Origin: Octopus vulgaris
Taxonomy: Eukaryota
Assembly (NCBI GenBank): GCA_951406725.2
Contig: OX597816.1
Span: 78,058,001 to 78,122,000 of the forward strand
Direction: 5' to 3'
DNA: 64,000 nt
The notes below the pieces were generated by a model. It had not been told where the DNA came from and ran no database searches. It was given only the letters and a program-made list of their open reading frames with translations. The position numbers and the translations under genes were made by a program. Positions 1 to 13,364 of this stretch are shown one piece after another; position 1 is the first letter of the stretch; every line of letters begins with the position of its first letter.

Positions 1-112
1 CGACGCGCGCAGGGTGTATACGCACGTATTTAAATACAGGCGTCTCTCTGCGGCTTTATCGATCGGTAATTGGGGTATGAGCGCAACAAGTCTAAACAGG
101 ATTGAAAATTGA

Positions 113-667
113 CGGTGTAACAGCTCAGAATATACCCCTGCCCAGACTATACCCCCAAGCTTGCAGGCAAATAACGCAAATGTACCTCACTAAAAAAGTT
201 GCATCCGAACATTTATAAAATTTGGTATTACACAATGGAGAATTAAAAGTTTCGATTTAAACATAGCAATTTAGAATTATCAATATAAAGCTACACGAAT
301 GGCTACATTTGCGCGTGTCTGGCTGAGACTCATAGCACAGGTGGGCTGCGCAGCATGCGCGAGTTGTCAGTTATTTTCTAATCTACTTTTACATCGGGTT
401 TATATTGATACATTGAGTATTTGCATTTGATAATTCGAAATTGCTATGTTTAAATCGAAATTTACATGTAACTTTTAATCCTTCATCGAATGATATCAAA
501 TTTTAAATATGTTCTGAAGCAACTTTTATAAGCGAGGCACATCTGTGTTATTTGTACGCGAGCATGGGGTATAGTCTAGACAGGGATGTATTCTGGGCTG
601 GCTGGCTAGCTCCGTGTATAGTCTGGGCAGGGGTATATTCTGGGCTGTTACAGCAGTCGTAACACCG
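113..667. mobile_element. Foldback/MITE-like non-autonomous DNA element (long imperfect palindrome)
   Basis: 116-152 is the reverse complement of 616-652 (1 mismatch), with a second arm copy at 566-600. Internal 250-283 is the reverse complement of 428-460. No ORF. Confidence 0.7.
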
Positions 668-1205
668 GCTCATTGAGGACATAGCCTGCAAGAGTGGTTT
701 ATGAAGAGGTTATTTGTTTTCACCATCACACATTTACGAACGCCTATATTTTCGACATATTTATCATCGTAAGTTAATTCTTAATTTTACTTTTTATATT
801 TGTATTAAGCATCCAATAAGTAGGGACCTAATAAGCCAATAAAAAGACAAACTAGTAGTGCTGTTAGAATTAAGAAGGAAAGGGAAAGATCGAGAAAGAC
901 AGGCTGATATCCGAAAGAGAGAAACGACAAACACTTGTCACAGTCTGGGTTTTGTTGCCCTAGTAACCACAGCTTTTGAGATAGGGGTTTCTAACCTAGT
1001 CCACTCACTTCCTCGCCTCTTTTTACATGTCCCTGTAAATTTTAGAGCCAATCCGACCACATGTAGTGCCCTTAACCCGTTCCAATCCCAAAATGAGACA
1101 AACAAATTTTTCGCATTTCAGCTTTATAGATATTGATACATTCGCAAATTCCCCATCTATACTATGTGTGTGTGATTGTCTGTCCACGTACATTTGTGTA
1201 CGGGC

Positions 1206-1207
<2 letters not shown>

Positions 1208-1268
<61 letters not shown>
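1208..1268. repeat. (TG)n microsatellite
   Basis: Pure dinucleotide run. Confidence 0.98.
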
Positions 1269-1275
<7 letters not shown>

Positions 1276-1615
1276 TATGTGTGTGCGTACGTGTATGCAT
1301 GCGTGTGTGAAAAATGTGTATGTCACTATATATACATGTATGTGAACGAGTGTACGCATCTACTTATATATCTCCCTTTTAATTTCCACCCTAAGCGCAT
1401 GCGTATATCTACATACGTTTTTCTATTTTGGGATAGAACTTTCCATAACTATTAACATAAACCATCTCACTCATAACGCCTATACGTTCTGAAGATGTAA
1501 CTTTCCCAAATAAAGTGCACTGCATATTCAAGTCCCTGATGAAACTATAGGATATTATCCTGGTACTCAAATAAGCGTCCACCACATCTTATAGCAGAAA
1601 GATATATATATATAA

Positions 1616-1886
1616 CAATTGCAGCGTGGAAGGTGTTTTTAAGCCATTTAAGAAACACACAAAATCCGTTAGATTCACTTCAACATTTAAATTTAATTTG
1701 TCAAAATATTTTCGTTGCTTTGAGGCCGCGACCTGTTCACTGACACAAATTAAATTTAAATGTTGAAGTGAATCTAACGGATTTTGTGTGTCTCTTAAAT
1801 GGCTTATAAACACCTTCCACGCGGCAATTGGTTTCGTTCCAGCACACGATCTCAGATCAGGTCACTTGCTACGCAAGTACATCTCC

Positions 1887-1888
<2 letters not shown>
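1616..1888 (-). mobile_element. Short hairpin element in (TA)n, probably PLE-derived and non-autonomous
   Basis: ~88-bp inverted arms 1616-1703 and 1741-1829, (TA)n on both sides, hammerhead motif in the loop. Confidence 0.65.
1699..1745 (-). ncRNA. Minimal type-I hammerhead ribozyme motif, G3-C8 core variant
   Basis: Minus strand reads UGUCA GUGAACA G GUCGC-ggccucaaa-GCAAC GAAA AUAU UU UGACA: stem I, core, stem II, GAAA, palindromic AAUAUU, UH. Confidence 0.6.
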
Positions 1889-1929
<41 letters not shown>

Positions 1930-1932
<3 letters not shown>

Positions 1933-2234
1933 TAACGTTTTCCCCACTATAACATGGGTGCTCTATAAAGAACTATGTTACTACATTTTAACCCCAAGAA
2001 AACGTCTTTTCCTGCTGGTTAACAACACACACCCTGTGTCACGTATATTGTAAGAGAGCGAATCACTCTCCCTCAGGCTTGGCAAGACCAGTAGATCATA
2101 GTTTCTGGATCTTTACCGGATACAGGTTGTGTGTCGTTAACCAGCTGAAAAAGACGTTTTCCTGAGGTTGAAATGTAATAATGTAGTTCTTTATAGAACA
2201 GCCATTCTATAGTGGCTTTAAAAAAATATTACTG
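1930..2234. mobile_element. Tc1/mariner-type MITE
   Basis: Termini CAGTAA...TTACTG, ~110-bp imperfect inverted arms, left end abuts (TA)n. Confidence 0.7.
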
Positions 2235-2304
2235 TCTAGTATTGTTACTATTTATATCTCTTTGAGAGATTTTAAAACTAGCTACTTTGTTCGTGTATAT
2301 ACAT

Positions 2305-2412
<108 letters not shown>

Positions 2413-2460
2413 CCAAAATCTTGAACCAACAGACCCCGCCAAAACCTTGGGCTACCAGGT

Positions 2461-2528
2461 TTTGGTATCTGACGATACCCATAAGGCTAAACTCTTTATT
2501 GGTGGGAAACTTAAGGTAATCCCATAAA
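2461..2528 (+). ncRNA. Degenerate hammerhead-like motif in a ~140-bp element between (TA)n tracts
   Basis: CTGACGA (2469), imperfect stem II, GAAA (2506), palindromic CTTAAG, GTA, imperfect stem I. Confidence 0.4.
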
Positions 2529-2610
2529 CCGGCCTTCCCCATGTTTAATATATACTGCTCTATATCTTAGAGTGTCCTTTCAAATTTATATTTTTTACAG
2601 ACGATATATA

Positions 2611-2850
2611 GCAAAAATTTAGAATCAGATGAATATGGTACTTAAGTTGAGGCACCAGAATTTATTACGGTATTATCCATACAATTTCAAAATAAGGTGA
2701 TTAAAATTAAAATAAGCAACAAGGATATCCAGAGGTAATGCAGTACGATCGTTTCACGCAATTTCATTTAAATAGAGTTGCTTGAAACGATCGTACTGCA
2801 TTACCTTCGGATATCCTTGTTGCTTATTTGATTTTAATCACCTTATTTTG
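2611..2850. mobile_element. Small PLE-derived element with head-to-head inverted duplication (same family as 42790-43030)
   Basis: Arms 2688-2756 and 2783-2850 are reverse complements centred on ATTTAAAT; 2611-2760 aligns by eye with 42792-42940. Confidence 0.7.
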
Positions 2851-4477
2851 ATTATATATATATATATAAATTTCATTTGGGTGTTAACCGTGGGGTTTAC
2901 CTTATTAAGTTCATACAGGCAATCAGACATATAGTTATCCAGAGATTGTTTTTTTATGAAACACCTGCCTGAAAATCCAGCAGTATCCACAGAGTTTTTT
3001 ACAATTACAAACAAAGAGAATGGAGTGAACAAGTCCTTTTCTTGCATTAATTTACAATTGTTTCATTGAAATTGAATGACATGAATGTCATAAATATTGC
3101 TATACTAAGCAATGATATATGCAACAATTTATTTATAAGGTCACGAATCCAACTCAACAGAATTATGTATAAAAAATATTTGTTATAGATACTTGAACTA
3201 TCGATAATTTATACTTATAAAGAGTTGGGTGTGTTTAAATGATTACATTTTCATATTACAAGCGAATCAAAACAAAACAAACTATTGGCTTGAATTAACC
3301 AATCAATAAGAAGGATGAATAGGCAAACGAAAATTAGTAATCAGTAATGTATCGGGCGCAGTAATTAGTAAAACTTTAAGTATTGTGATTAGTATTAACT
3401 CGAGAGTATGATTAGTAATACATTAAGTGTAGTAATTAAATTAGCAACCGTCAGTCATATCCTATAAATTTCATAATTTCCTGCGGGTATTCTTTTGTAT
3501 TCCTGACTATATACACACTCTTTAAGATGCTATATCATTGTTGTTGTTGTTGTTGTTGAAGTCGTCATTTAGCACCAGGTCAGTCCCGATCAGGCAGATC
3601 TCTGATCAAAATCATTTTTCATCTACTATCGGTTAACTACATTATTCACAGCGTCCTCCATTTTAAGTCTGTAGGATGGTAAATTTCAGTGGTGAATTTT
3701 AGCAAAATTTCGGTTCTATTTCTAGCAGAGTAATCAACAGGGTTGAATATTTTTCGTTGACTCGATACTAACAAAGTGAACCAACAAGGAAATAAACGAT
3801 TTTTAACTGTAAACCTCAATTGGCTTCGATCAAATGGGTTTAATCCCTCATCAAATAAAAACAAAACTATCCACAAAGTAGTTTTTCCGCCATTGTTACA
3901 AGACAACACAAGCAAAAAACATCTCTACATAGTCGTTCGACCTGTTACAAATAGTAGCTAAATTTTAGATTATACCCGACTATTGTTTTAAAAAAGGAAG
4001 TTTATTATATGGTCTTTGAAACACAATCTGAATAAAAGAAAAAGACATAGTAGTCTCATCTTTTATTAAAGTAAAATTTCAGCTCAATCAGGGATGACGC
4101 GGAGCAAAGCAACAATAACAATAATCAACCAGACAGTATCGCTTTTGGTGATTAACAACATTTACATGTAATAAGTCGTCTTGTACACGATGAGCAGCGA
4201 GAATCGGAACAATGCCAAACATATTTAATCTTAATACTCCAGCAGTTTCGAATGGAATATGTTAATCGCTGTTGCATTTTGTTATTGAAGAACAACTCCT
4301 ATCAAGTGAAAATGCGTTCACAACACATTGGAGTTATTAGTGCAAGGGAAATTAATTAAGCGTGTTAATGAAAATACATTCGTCTGAAAGGGGTTGTTCT
4401 CCTATGACGAAAGACAACAACGATTAGCATAGCATATTCACATTTGCCTGAACGTATTAAGAATTCTTTCTAATGTT

Positions 4478-4675
4478 GACAGAAGGCCGGCAATTTTGGG
4501 AGAAGGAGAGGTGGTCAAATCGATCTCATCCATTCCAGCACTTGGCTGGTATTTTATTTCATCGAATCCGGAGGAGAATTAAAGGCAAGGTTGGCCCCGG
4601 CGGAAATTGAATTTCGGAAGAAATTCCGACAAGCATGTTTTTCCCGGCTCTCTAACGGTTCTGCCAGATCACCGT
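4478..4675 (-). mobile_element. tRNA-derived SINE, degenerate (family of 8948-9125)
   Basis: Reverse-complement similarity to the SINE at 8948 (aaaggcaaggttggccccggcggaaattgaa). Confidence 0.6.
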
Positions 4676-5721
4676 TGACAGAACCGTTTTAATGCGAATG
4701 TCATCAATATTTACATGTGTTTTATCGTTAGTTTGCAGTTCTGAGTTCAGACAACACCTCGGGAATATATTTGAAAGAGATGGACATCACCATTCACTGG
4801 CTTGGTCTAAATATACTAATATGAAAACGAAGTCTTCGGTGGTATTCCTATGACTCAATAGACTACAGATCTCACCATCTCGTCATTCCTAATGCAGCAT
4901 TTATTTCACTCAGCTGGTTGTTCGAAGCGTTGACTTTTATTCAGCGTATATGTCTTGTAGTATCTTACAAACGTACAGCCGTTTGGGTTTCCACAACAGG
5001 ATAATCCATGTAACTGTGATAACGTTCACCTTTTTTAACGTAGACATTTCTTGTAAAGTTCTCAGACACCTATTTAAAGAAATGTGAAGAAGATTCATTG
5101 AAATTATTTATCTACTGACTGATCATCAATTTTCAATTTTCCGGAAGTCATTTTGCTTTGTTCTGTTTATTTGTGTGTTCTACTCGAAATGTGTATAACT
5201 TTTCTGGTAGAATCTATTTCTGACACATACTATCGCTGATGGCTTTCTTTTCTTACTGCACACTGACACCTGGTCTCTATGATTTACTGAACCAGGTCTT
5301 CTAGTAACAAAATGGTAGGTGGAAAGAGACGTTGAAAGTTGTCTCAGAATACAGATGTAATTAACACTTTTCCTTAACATATATGATGATGTTAGTAAGT
5401 GGTTACATTGCTTCATACAGTGATTTATATTTATAATTTACATACAAGCTGAATAATTCATTCTGATGATGAATGAGTCAGACCTGTGGCAGTAATAGAA
5501 TTACCTTTCATGTATAATATTAAAACTCAGTTATCAAAATCGTTCTTCATTTGTGCTCATTTCCTATCTTATTTCTTTTAAGACTAAAAAGCAAACTCTT
5601 TAACATTATGAAAATTTGCGTTTGTAATGCACGTTTTCTTTTTAGTTTGTATTTGTATCTGTATTTGTGTATAAGATTACTACATATTTAACAGTTTCGT
5701 TAACAATTTTATAGAACATGC

Positions 5722-5770
5722 ATACATACATACATACATACATACATACATACATACATACATACATACA

Positions 5771-5800
<30 letters not shown>
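5722..5800. repeat. (TACA)n microsatellite
   Basis: Pure tetranucleotide run. Confidence 0.97.
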
Positions 5801-5804
<4 letters not shown>

Positions 5805-5927
5805 CACCTCCTCCAATTCTGCTAAGCATCACACCATTACTCACACCTCTGAGATCTCTAAGGTAATGAAGAAGCAACTAACAATGATGCCCTCAGTTAA
5901 TTTGAATCTCTTTCTCTCTCCCTCCCT

Positions 5928-5962
<35 letters not shown>

Positions 5963-6310
5963 CATTGCAATTAAAGGAAAGAATAATACTTAAATATGCA
6001 ATGAAAGAATTATATAATAAAATAGATTAAGGATAAGTTAGACTTTAAAAAAAATTATTCAACCGGTATAGATAAATTATTTTCATTGGTTTTGTAATAG
6101 ATACAGTTCAAGAAGATGGATAGCGTTTGCATCATTATGTGTATTATTTAAAATCAAGTATAGATGAGAGTTTGAAAAATTAACTATTAAGATATGTTAT
6201 CACGTAAGCCTTACTTATAAACCGTTAGTCTTCAATATATAAAATGTATATATTCAAATTCATGAGTTTATTCATTGGCAGATGTATACATATATATCTA
6301 TACACTTCCG

Positions 6311-6355
<45 letters not shown>

Positions 6356-6375
6356 TTACGCATACATATATATAA

Positions 6376-6582
6376 TGTGACCTCGTGTGTACCGTTGGCG
6401 ATTTTTTTCCTCTGTCTTCCCTTCTCTGGATCTTTCCTTCTCCTATGTTTCCGACGAAGAGCTCCGCTCGAAACGTTAAACCCTCGTTCTTTCCTTCTTT
6501 CTTGAGCGTCCAATAATACTATATTTGTTCCACGTCCTCGCGTTGTTGTTTTTTTTTTGTGCTTTCTTGTTTGGATTAACTT

Positions 6583-6587
<5 letters not shown>
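6376..6587 (+). mobile_element. Short (TA)n-embedded element with a hammerhead-like motif at 6447-6481
   Basis: GTTT CCGACGA A GAGC-TCC-GCTC GAAA CG TT AAAC; flanked by (TA)n on both sides. Confidence 0.55.
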
Positions 6588-6646
<59 letters not shown>

Positions 6647-7560
6647 AATACATACATACATACATACATACATACATACATACATACATACATTCGCATA
6701 TAGACACGATACCAATTCTTAGCATATGACCAAATGCTTAGAATAACGAATCACCTAGGGGCATGTATTGAAACATATATGTAAGTTTTTCGCATCTGCC
6801 ATTTCGTTTAGTGTTTTACAACTTACAATTTCAACATCTTTATATAAGACAAAAAAATTATTTAAACATCCAGCATGGCTGCAGTCAATTGACTGAAACA
6901 AATAAAAGAATAAATGAATAATCCATATATAAAACACAAAATAACTATTCTCCTGTGCTAAATAACGTAACAAAATACAAGATAGACCGCATTTAGGCCG
7001 TATGTCTAGACATTATATATTTGTATATAATTAAATAAATGATACCACCATTACTTATGACTATTTTTGTTAATACTGTACTCTGTATGCCACTAAGAAC
7101 TTCTATTCCTGAATGTGTGTGTGTGTGCGCACGCGTTTGCGTGTGCGTGTGTGCGGGGTGCGTATGTGTGTGTGTGTGTGCGTGTGATAAAATCTTTGTG
7201 TTCATATAAACACTGACGGCGAAAACAAAGAGGTCTGAAGATTTATTCGTCTATCTCAACAAAACTGACATAACACTTTAGAATTACACCATAACAGAAG
7301 GAAAAGCTTGTCGTCTGCTAATTAGAAGTATATCTTAACATCATCATCTGCTTTATTAACTTACTGTGTGAATACTTAAATATATACTTGTAATTGAATG
7401 TCTAACTGAAGTTGATCGATTATAAATTTCATTGTTATCAATAATATTAATACGCTAACTTTTTGTTAGTGTATTAATTTTTGTACATACCTGATGTGTG
7501 TGTCACACTTACTTCAAAGGAGTGGCAAAGCGAGAGATAGGAGGACAGAGAAGAAGTAAG

Positions 7561-7597
<37 letters not shown>

Positions 7598-7921
7598 GAG
7601 TGAGAAAGAGAGTGAGAGCGAGAAAGAGAGAGTGTGAGAGAAAGTGGGAGAGTGAGAGAAAGAGAGAGAGAGAGTGAAAGAGACAGTGAGTGGTGACGGC
7701 GTTCGTTTTGTGTTTATAAATGTTTATCACATCACAACAGAAGTAGATACATAGATTCATATACACATTGTTAAATCAAAAGCGGGAGAGAATAGGTACA
7801 CAAAAGAAGTGAAAGAGAAAGAAAGTGAGAGAGACAGCAGATACATAAATCCAAAGAAAAGTTCATACGTAGATACATAGACACAGCAAATATTGGATGT
7901 CAATTTCACTTTTCATTACTA

Positions 7922-8055
7922 CACGAGGATAAAATTAACTCACAAATGGCTGAGTACCCCACAGACATGCATAACATTAACGTAGTTCTCAGGGAGATTC
8001 AGACTCACACAGAATATGACAAGGCTGGCCCCTTTGAATTACAGCTACAACTCAA

Positions 8056-8057
<2 letters not shown>
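7922..8057 (-). mobile_element. SINE central-domain fragment (family of 42383-42760)
   Basis: Reverse complement resembles 42575-42700. Confidence 0.6.
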
Positions 8058-8116
<59 letters not shown>

Positions 8117-8614
8117 GAGTGTACTACTATTCATAGATACCGCACGCTAGGAGGGACCCTTGCGGTCAAAACTACTAAAATAAACACATTTTACCGAGTG
8201 CAAAACTTCAAAGCAAGTCATTTAAAAAAAGAATTTAGTTACATATCACCTGTGATTTCGCAATTAATGCAGAATATGCATTCTATGCTCATCAGTATAT
8301 ATATATAAAATTAGAGATAAAAACCACTGTAAATTTGGATATATATATATATATATATTGGGTTTGCAATAATAAGTGTCGCGTGGTGGAAATCAACACA
8401 ATTACCAAACTTTCATTCATAAATCCATTTATTATTTCGTTCTTTTGCATTTCAATTTGTACATTAAGGTTCTTTGAATATGTACGATGTATTTTAAGGT
8501 TAAATAGTAATTCCGTTTACGCTTGTGCAACTGAGATATTTTGGTTGGATTGTATAGTCATTGGTGTTACATTACTTTCTATATTCTGTAACTATCACAA
8601 TATACTTTTCTAGG

Positions 8615-8745
8615 ACTGAAATTTTTGTGATGAGGGGGCCTGTTGATTAGATCGACCCCAGTACACAACTGGTACTTAATTTATCGACCTTGAAAGGACG
8701 AAAGGCAAAGTTGACTTCGGCAGAATTTGAACTCAGAACGTAATG
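8615..8745 (-). mobile_element. tRNA-derived SINE fragment
   Basis: gaaaggcaaagttgacttcggcagaatttgaactcagaacgt is the reverse complement of the 8948 family. Confidence 0.65.
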
Positions 8746-8947
8746 ACAGGTTATAATATACAAACATTACTCATGGCAGCAGTACACTGTTTACAGATGC
8801 TTACATTTTTTATTTTTCTGTGAATTTTTCACGTGTCCAGTTAGTATAAATTGATACATCAGTTTTAAAGTCAGTGTGTAATCCTACTTTTGAATATATT
8901 TGTATTTTATCATTGACTTATCTTAAACATTATTGATTTTAATGATA

Positions 8948-9125
8948 AGGCGGCGAGCTGGCAGAAACGTTAGCACGCCGGGCGAGATACTTAGCGGTAT
9001 TTCGTCTGTCTTTACGTTCTGAGTTCAAATTCCGCCGAGGTCGACTTTGCCTTTCATCCTTTCGGGGTTGATAAATTAATCGACTGGCCCTCTCCCCAAA
9101 AATTTCGGACCTTGTGCCTAGAATA
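8948..9125 (+). mobile_element. tRNA-derived SINE (Meta-domain-like core)
   Basis: A-box-like TGGCAGAAACGTTAG, B-box GAGTTCAAATTCC, core gtcgactttgcctttcatcctttcgggg; many copies in window. Confidence 0.8.
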
Positions 9126-12100
9126 GAAAAAAAATAATAACACTTTAATGATATGCTTACTCTATATTAGCGATCATCTTGATTATGAGTAATGGCGTGA
9201 TGATTGAATGGGTGAGATAATTGGTTATGAATTCAAATCTACTTTTGGTGTTTTATTGAAAACTTTGTTTATCTTTATTTTTGCTCATGCAGCTCTGAAG
9301 AATATGACTTCATCATCAGGGAATATCACTGCCGATACACTGTCTTTACGATCAAATATAAACATCTGCTTTATACAAATGTTGCTTTCTATGTGCATGA
9401 TATGGGAAATTCAGGTATCTTGGCAGTTTGGTAAACAGCACCAATATTGACTTCAAAGTGAGAAAAGCAGAAGATTGTGTAGTGTGTCACAAACTTAAGA
9501 GAATATGAAGTCAAGATTGTCAAGAGGAACAGAAATCAGACTGTTCCTTGCTACTGTAAGTTAGTGCTCTTGCAAGGCAGCAAAACATGTACACATACCA
9601 AGGAAGCAAAGACGAAATTTGATGGCTTCTACTCTGGATGCGAAATGACAACAGCACATGACCAATGCCAAAAGTAACCCGCAAAAGCAGGAAATTACGT
9701 CTCCGCACATCAGAAGAAGCATCAAAACTTGTTCTCTGGAATCCCCGGCATGGTACTGGTAAGCATGCCAGTCTTCGTCTGACATTTGTCGACAACCTGA
9801 AGGACTCAAGATTGAATTCTATCCAAGTACTGAAGGTAGCAATGATGAATCGAGATGCTTGACGAAATGGCTTTGTCTTCGAAGACCGTGTGGAAGCCCG
9901 GCCAAAGTAAAGTTAAAGTAATAATGTGCATGAGTGCATATGCACGCCTTATGTTTATATCTGTATATGTACGTCTATATGTCGGTAGCTTAAATAAGGG
10001 AATGCATATGTTGGAGAATTTTTTATCTCATAATAAGCAAAGCCTCCGACTCGGGTTATTCTCAGGCTGGAGACTTTGTTCGTATACTTGTACGCAAAGG
10101 TCAGTCGGTGCCGCTAATCAGGGAGACAGATGATATTTTGAATAAAACCGCTTGAATTTTCATTTTATTTATTTATTCATCTTTAATTTGACAATCTAAA
10201 ATAATCAAGAATAAACTACGAAAGCAGAACTCTCGGCAAAAATTAAGAGACTGAAGTCTCTGTTTCATATAGTAGAGAAGGTGAGCATCTTAAGTAAAAG
10301 AAAGTTTAAAATAACTAAAACCGCAATTATTTTTGCACCAACCAACACTAAGACGGTTTAGTCTAAAAGATTGTGAGTGTAATCAAAACCTTGCAAACAG
10401 AATTTGATAAATATGTGTGCGTTCGTGTGTGTGTGTGTGTGTGTGTGTGCATATGAGAGAGAAAGAAGTTGGGGCTGTGCAAACAAAGCAAAAGAGTGTT
10501 CAAAGTATTGTGAAGAGTATATATTTATATAAGCAGTCGGGAATTGGTTCGTTCGTTATTCAGGGTTTCATATGTACTTAAAATAGAAGTGTAATCATTC
10601 ACATGTCTCTCGTAAACGGAGGTGTAACCACAAATCACTGGTAAAACTACTGATTATTGGTCGTTGTTAACGTCCTTTTTAGTGATCAAAGTAAATCGTA
10701 TAGCCGAAAATATTGTTATAAATCGAACTACTTAATACGAAATAGAACCATATTGCGAACTTTTGAAAGTTCCTCTTGTCCACGTTTTACCAGCAGACAT
10801 CGAACTACGGATTGTCAAACTGAGCACTAACTAACTACAACGATCTGAACAATCTTAGAATGATTTCATAGAAACTGACTCCGTCCACTAATTAATTAAT
10901 AGTTAAAAAGTATGACACGGACATCCGTTTTAATTATTGATTAATCAATGCGAACTTAATTCTATAGCTTCACAAAACCTATATTTATGTGATTCGTATT
11001 ATTATGTATTATTTATTCATAACTCACGCCGTATTGTAACTGTAGCAATTAATTTAGGAAGACGTCATGACAAAGCAACAACTATGTCAGAATGGCCATA
11101 TTATACACTTAATAAATTACCGCTCATCCAGAGACAGTAAAAGATTTGAGAGTTAAATTGAAGAAAGGAAGAAATTGTGACTAAACGTAAAATGAAATCT
11201 ATTTTACCAAAATCAGAGTCAAAACTATTGAAAAGGTTGCAAGACGCAACGAAAATTTTAGAAAAATAAAAAAGAAATAAATGGAAATTTTACCGGTGAG
11301 TGTATTAAATTATAAGGCACCAAAAGAGAATGACTCTCCCCAGACACAACAGTAAATAATAAATCCCCTTAATATATATATTTTCCATTGATTCCTATAT
11401 CAGCAGTGTTATGTTTTACTTTCCGTGCAATATGGTGGTCTATAAGTTCATTGCTCAAATTCTCTGGGTCTTCTGCATAGATGATAGAACAAGCAGTCAA
11501 ATTTCGTTCCTGTCACTCACTAATTCTTTAAAAAAGTATCTGTCTGGAAAATGAACTGATTTATTTGGTTTACTATCGATCACTATAACTTGGAAAGAGA
11601 TTTGTTCTGGGGATTTTTTGACAAAACATTTAAAGCCGAAGCCCCCGGTAGTTGCCCAATGATTCATTAAAGCTTATTGACATTTTAAAACATTTATTCC
11701 GAGTAAATTTTTAATATCTTTGACTATAAGTCTGCTTGGAAAAGAGTGGCCAAGAGTTAAACAACATCCCCTAAATCCCAGAAAAAGAATCCTGGGTTAT
11801 TCCACTGCGTGGATCTTCTCCTCACTTTGGAGCACTTCCATGAGCCTTCACAAAGTGGCTGGAGCGCTACAAGTGATTTGAAGTCAGAAGATTCTACTTT
11901 GAAGGAGATTAGAGTTTTGTACATCTTTGAAATTTTCTCTCCTGAAAAAGTTTGAAACCTTCTGGAATGCACCTTGTACATTATCGCTCGACCTGCTAGA
12001 AATAGCAGCAATTTATTTCTGATAATATTCATCATGCTATCATTAAATGCAAAGACAGATTGAACAGTGTAATCATACATGTATTACGACCATCAAGGAA

Positions 12101-12326
12101 TTGTCACAGCCGGGAATATTCAATAAGGGTTGACTCGAGTCTGGGTAACAACAAACTACATTTTAGCTGCACTTTATTTACTTATTTATCCGTTTACTGG
12201 CTAAACCCCACAAAATTTTATAACATTTTCCTAACATAACGATTTAAATATATTCTTTAACCATATAACACAAGCCTGCTGTAGTTTTTTCACTCTTTTT
12301 TTGTCTTATATATATATACATATATA

Positions 12327-12404
<78 letters not shown>

Positions 12405-12434
12405 TATATATACATATATATATATAATACACAC

Positions 12435-13120
12435 TATAAAACCACGTTAAGTGTTCATATCGCACCATGAGATAAAGCGGAGGGACAAAACAAACAAGCA
12501 AAAATTATTGAATAATTCAAGATCCAAGGATTTCTGGTTCTGCTTTAAATAAGCTTTACCGTCATCAATTGAATATATCAAGGGTACATAAATACAGATA
12601 TATATATGCACAGCAAACGATATACTTATATATACGAGCGTCATAGATACATACATATCACGTATGGACACAGCCAGTTGAATTGCCCGCCAAAGCAACG
12701 CATAAATACGATATGGTTAAAATAAGCACCGCAGTGAATATAATAACGAATTATATAAATTTATATATGAGGATAATATCGATATTTAAGTATCAAAATT
12801 ATCAAGTGGCCAGCATCTTTATATATTCAATTGATGACGGTAAAGCTTATTTAAAGCAGAACCAGAAATCCTTGGATCTTGAATTATTCAATAATTTTTG
12901 CTTGTTTGTTTTGTCCCTCCGCTTTACCTCATGGTGCGATATGAACACTTAACGTGGTTTTATAATCAGAATTTCGACTGCTATTTCGGCATGTTGGTGT
13001 CTTTTAGACACACTCATTTTTAATTGTTAAAAAATCTTTTACCTTTGTACGGTATTTCTTTCATGCTGGCCACTTGATAATTTTGATACTTAAATATCGA
13101 TATTATCCTCATATATAAAT
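12435..13120. mobile_element. Interleaved inverted-repeat element with two opposed hammerhead motifs
   Basis: 12435-12577 is the reverse complement of 12822-12964; ~12760-12816 is the reverse complement of 13063-13118; bounded by (TA)n. Confidence 0.7.
12825..12884 (+). ncRNA. Type-I hammerhead motif (U3/G8 core); inverted copy at 12515-12574
   Basis: ATTCAA TTGATGA C GGT...ACC A GAAA TCC-TT-GGA TC TTGAAT. Confidence 0.55.
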
Positions 13121-13154
13121 ATATATATATTTAACCCCGAATCAACCCGGGACC

Positions 13155-13235
<81 letters not shown>

Positions 13236-13310
13236 TATACTATAAAATTGGATTTAATCCTAAATCTAATTTTTCCCTGTAAGTTTGGATTTATTCCCTA
13301 ATATTATTAT

Positions 13311-13364
<54 letters not shown>

